Shown here: positions 17,907-20,000 of the stretch, piece after piece
How positions within the stretch are numbered: the first letter of the stretch is position 1
How the letters are laid out: each line of letters starts with the position of its first letter
IMG/VR virus record: IMGVR_UViG_3300006752_004376
From: an uncultured virus (IMG/VR IMGVR_UViG_3300006752_004376)
Lineage: Duplodnaviria; Heunggongvirae; Uroviricota; Caudoviricetes
Length of the DNA: 20,000 nt
Reading direction: 5' to 3' (one strand)
Program-made: the position numbers and the translations under genes
Notes under the pieces: generated by a model
Database searches by the model: none
What the model was told of the DNA's origin: nothing
The model's input: only the letters and a program-made list of their open reading frames with translations

Positions 17907-18573
17907 TTAATATCTCTTGCCATGTTGCACTTTTTAATAACATATGTTCTGGAGTTCTTCTATCACCAACCATTGGCTGAAATTTATCAAATCCCAACTC
18001 CTCAGCTAATTGTTTAGCTTTACCTACTTGATGATAATTGTGTTCAAACACTACGTATCTCCACCATAGACTTCCATTCCAATTTTCTCTAACAGTTTTT
18101 ATTCCTGTCATAATACTATTCCATTTAGCATTAACTCTGTATATGTGATTAGTATCTTCTAATCCGTCAATGCTAAATTGTAGCCAATCTTGTTTTCTTA
18201 ATAAACTAGAAAAATGTTTCCACCACTTTTCATTACGACCGCTTCCGTTGGTTGAAATAATTACTCTAGGTCTAATTTCTAAAGTATTAATAAATTCTAA
18301 CTGCTCAGTAATTGTGCCACTGTATATTGGATCACTAAGAGCGCCATTATAAGTAACACAACTAATTTTATTTCTAGGATGTAACAATGCTTGTAAGTGT
18401 TCAAGTTTTAAATCTGTTATATCCCAATTACGATTTCCAGTCGCCATGTCTATTGTTCTTGTGCAACCTGGGCATAATAAGTTACATCTGGTACTGGCGT
18501 CAACATTAAATCTTCTGCCAACTTGCATAAAATTTATGTTCAACCCAGCATATGTACCATTATCTACTGTCAT
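17893..18573 (-). CDS. Radical SAM protein, core domain (partner of 17553..17906)
   Basis: CNLLCPGC, NGALSDP, STNGSGR, FSIDGLEDTNHIYR, VFEHNYHQ. Clearly homologous to the N-terminal part of 14755..15819. Confidence 0.9.
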   Translation of the reverse strand: MTVDNGTYAGLNINFMQVGRRFNVDASTRCNLLCPGCTRTIDMATGNRNWDITDLKLEHLQALLHPRNKISCVTYNGALSDPIYSGTITEQLEFINTLEIRPRVIISTNGSGRNEKWWKHFSSLLRKQDWLQFSIDGLEDTNHIYRVNAKWNSIMTGIKTVRENWNGSLWWRYVVFEHNYHQVGKAKQLAEELGFDKFQPMVGDRRTPEHMLLKSATWQEILNDIS

Positions 18574-18586
18574 AAATATATTTATC
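18571..18586. promoter_or_regulatory. Putative bidirectional T4-like late promoter pair (palindrome ATAAATATATTTAT)
   Basis: Perfect 14-bp palindrome at 18572-18585 gives CATAAATA on + and GATAAATA on -, at the only divergent gene junction. Confidence 0.65.
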
Positions 18587-18607
18587 TACGTATATAATGG
18601 AGTAAAT

Positions 18608-19447
18608 ATGACCCGAATTGCTAAAGATATTATAGCAGGAGACGACTTTGTTGTCAATGTGTTTGACGCAAAGAAAGAAGATTTAACAGATAATTTTAAT
18701 AGAGGACGCTTATATAAGGCGTTTGAAAGCGGTTGGCCAGTAGTTATACAAAATTTAACTATAGAAGGACTTGACTATGATTACTATGATGCATTGCCAG
18801 ATTGGACTATTCCAGATAATAAATGGATTATGCCTTGGTATAATAGTCATATAAAAAACCGTGATAGGTTACGTGATGAACGTAATTGGAGCGAAGAGGA
18901 AATAGATATATTTCATAAAAAACATAAACAATCTAACAATGCATGGAACATATTATTTGACAAATTATTTCCAAATTACGAAACAACAGAACGTATGCTT
19001 AGTCATAGATATAATACATTAGTAGAAAATAAATTACACCTAGATGAATTAGATGAACAACATACTGGGCAAGAACAACAAATACGTATGTTTGTACAGT
19101 TAGATAAAAAACGTCCTAGAGTACTTACATTTGGTCCTGATTTAGAACAGTTATGGAATCAATATAAAGATGAATTTAAATTAGAAGATATAGACAGAAC
19201 TAATGTACATAGTTTTATTACTGAAATGAGAAATAGATGTGTATGGAATGATAAAATGTGGGATCAATTTCATCATCCACTACACTATATAACTTTTAAT
19301 CCTGGTGATATTTGGTTTTTTAACGCACAATGGATTACACATCAAATTGTGTTTGGCACAAAACTACAATGCTTTGAAGCTGATATTAAGAATTCAAGTT
19401 TACTATTTCCAGAAATGTGTATGTCTAATAGAATTAAAAATCTGTAA
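18608..19447 (+). CDS. Fe(II)/2-oxoglutarate oxygenase resembling the Kdo hydroxylase (KdoO) family (279 aa)
   Basis: KLHLD (HxD), IRMFVQLD...PRV, FNPGDIWFF...ITHQIVFG match the KdoO-type motif layout as recalled. Start at 18608 follows GGAG; the track's 18446 start overlaps the opposite gene. Confidence 0.7.
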   Translation: MTRIAKDIIAGDDFVVNVFDAKKEDLTDNFNRGRLYKAFESGWPVVIQNLTIEGLDYDYYDALPDWTIPDNKWIMPWYNSHIKNRDRLRDERNWSEEEIDIFHKKHKQSNNAWNILFDKLFPNYETTERMLSHRYNTLVENKLHLDELDEQHTGQEQQIRMFVQLDKKRPRVLTFGPDLEQLWNQYKDEFKLEDIDRTNVHSFITEMRNRCVWNDKMWDQFHHPLHYITFNPGDIWFFNAQWITHQIVFGTKLQCFEADIKNSSLLFPEMCMSNRIKNL

Positions 19448-19454
19448 ACCTATT

Positions 19455-20000
19455 TTATCTACGGAGTTCGTTATTGCCCCAAAGTTTACCAAAATTAATA
19501 CCTTTAGTACGTTTAGGAAAGTAATCCTGCATTTCGCCTTCTCTATATAAATCTACAGTTGCACAATGTAGTCCACCGTCCCAAAAAAATCTATGTCGCA
19601 TGGGGCAAGTAATTACTTCTATTTTATGTTTGCCAAGTTTATCTTCTAATACTTTACTAGGACCACTTGCTATTACTGTATTTTCGTCTACGCTTATACA
19701 GTTAACATCAAAGTTAGTTTCAAAACAGCTACCTACACTTGGATGCATATATAAATCGATAAACTTATTTAATGCTACATTATGTTCTTCACCTGCAATC
19801 CAGTAATCTGCTACAGGTCTCTTTTTAGACCCACGAGATTTGTCTTTTTCAGATATGCGAAAATTATTCCAAGCAGTTGTATGGTCGTTATGAGCTCGTT
19901 GTATTTTAATAATGTCCCATCCAGGAAACGTTTGTTCATACTTGTTTACATTTACATGACTTAGTATTAACCCTGGCTTTATGAGTGCCATAACTGCATC
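19455..20000 (-). CDS. Second amidinotransferase paralog (5'-truncated by window edge)
   Basis: Frame is open beyond Met 19991 to the edge (DAVMALIKPG, matching IDGKIALLKPG in the paralog). FDVNCISVDENTVI and RHRFFWDGGLHCAT. Confidence 0.88.
   Translation of the reverse strand, partial: DAVMALIKPGLILSHVNVNKYEQTFPGWDIIKIQRAHNDHTTAWNNFRISEKDKSRGSKKRPVADYWIAGEEHNVALNKFIDLYMHPSVGSCFETNFDVNCISVDENTVIASGPSKVLEDKLGKHKIEVITCPMRHRFFWDGGLHCATVDLYREGEMQDYFPKRTKGINFGKLWGNNELRR

Noticed and set aside
17890..17945. Programmed frameshift fusing the radical SAM core and SPASM gene
   Set aside because: No canonical slippery heptamer, and an in-frame TAA sits directly before the SPASM ATG.
18446..18607. 54-codon N-terminal extension of the plus-strand oxygenase
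   Set aside because: It overlaps the opposite radical SAM gene and the promoter palindrome; the ATG at 18608 has a GGAG RBS.
19440..19470. Terminator between convergent genes
   Set aside because: The gap is only 7 bp and no convincing hairpin with a U-tract was seen.
351..19964. Many short plus-strand ORFs (e.g. 351..587, 1473..1793, 5567..5950, 9815..10135, 14418..14729) and nested minus ORFs (4850..5038, 7755..7961)
   Set aside because: They overlap motif-bearing genes, antisense or out of frame, and show no recognisable motifs; treated as shadow ORFs.
1..20000. Stop-codon reassignment as seen in some large phages
   Set aside because: TAA, TGA and TAG all end genes at sensible positions, and the standard code already gives near-complete coding density.
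1..20000. Classical RiPP cluster call
   Set aside because: No evident precursor peptide with leader/core structure, PqqD/RRE domain, peptidase or ABC exporter in the window; these could lie outside it.

Overview
AT-rich (roughly 30% GC by eye), almost fully coding 20 kb window. It reads as one tightly packed cluster of tailoring/biosynthetic enzymes, probably from a large T4-like phage. The phage call is an inference from ATAAATA late-promoter-type boxes in the only two sizeable intergenic gaps, near-zero gene spacing and no housekeeping genes; no virion hallmark gene lies in the window. 22 of the 23 supported CDSs are on the minus strand, most joined by short overlaps. Ten radical SAM enzymes occupy about half the window: seven with an N-terminal twitch/SPASM-like Cys domain, one with a C-terminal one, one split into two genes, and one bare core. 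They are interleaved with two amidinotransferases, a PLP-dependent aminotransferase-like enzyme, a compact SDR, a nitroreductase-like flavoprotein, two Fe(II)/2OG oxygenases (Asp/Asn beta-hydroxylase/LpxO-like and KdoO-like), a tandem pair of uncharacterised two-domain paralogs and several small hypotheticals. The cluster runs off both window ends. No RNA genes, CRISPR arrays or mobile elements were seen. All family calls come from motif reading, not database searches.
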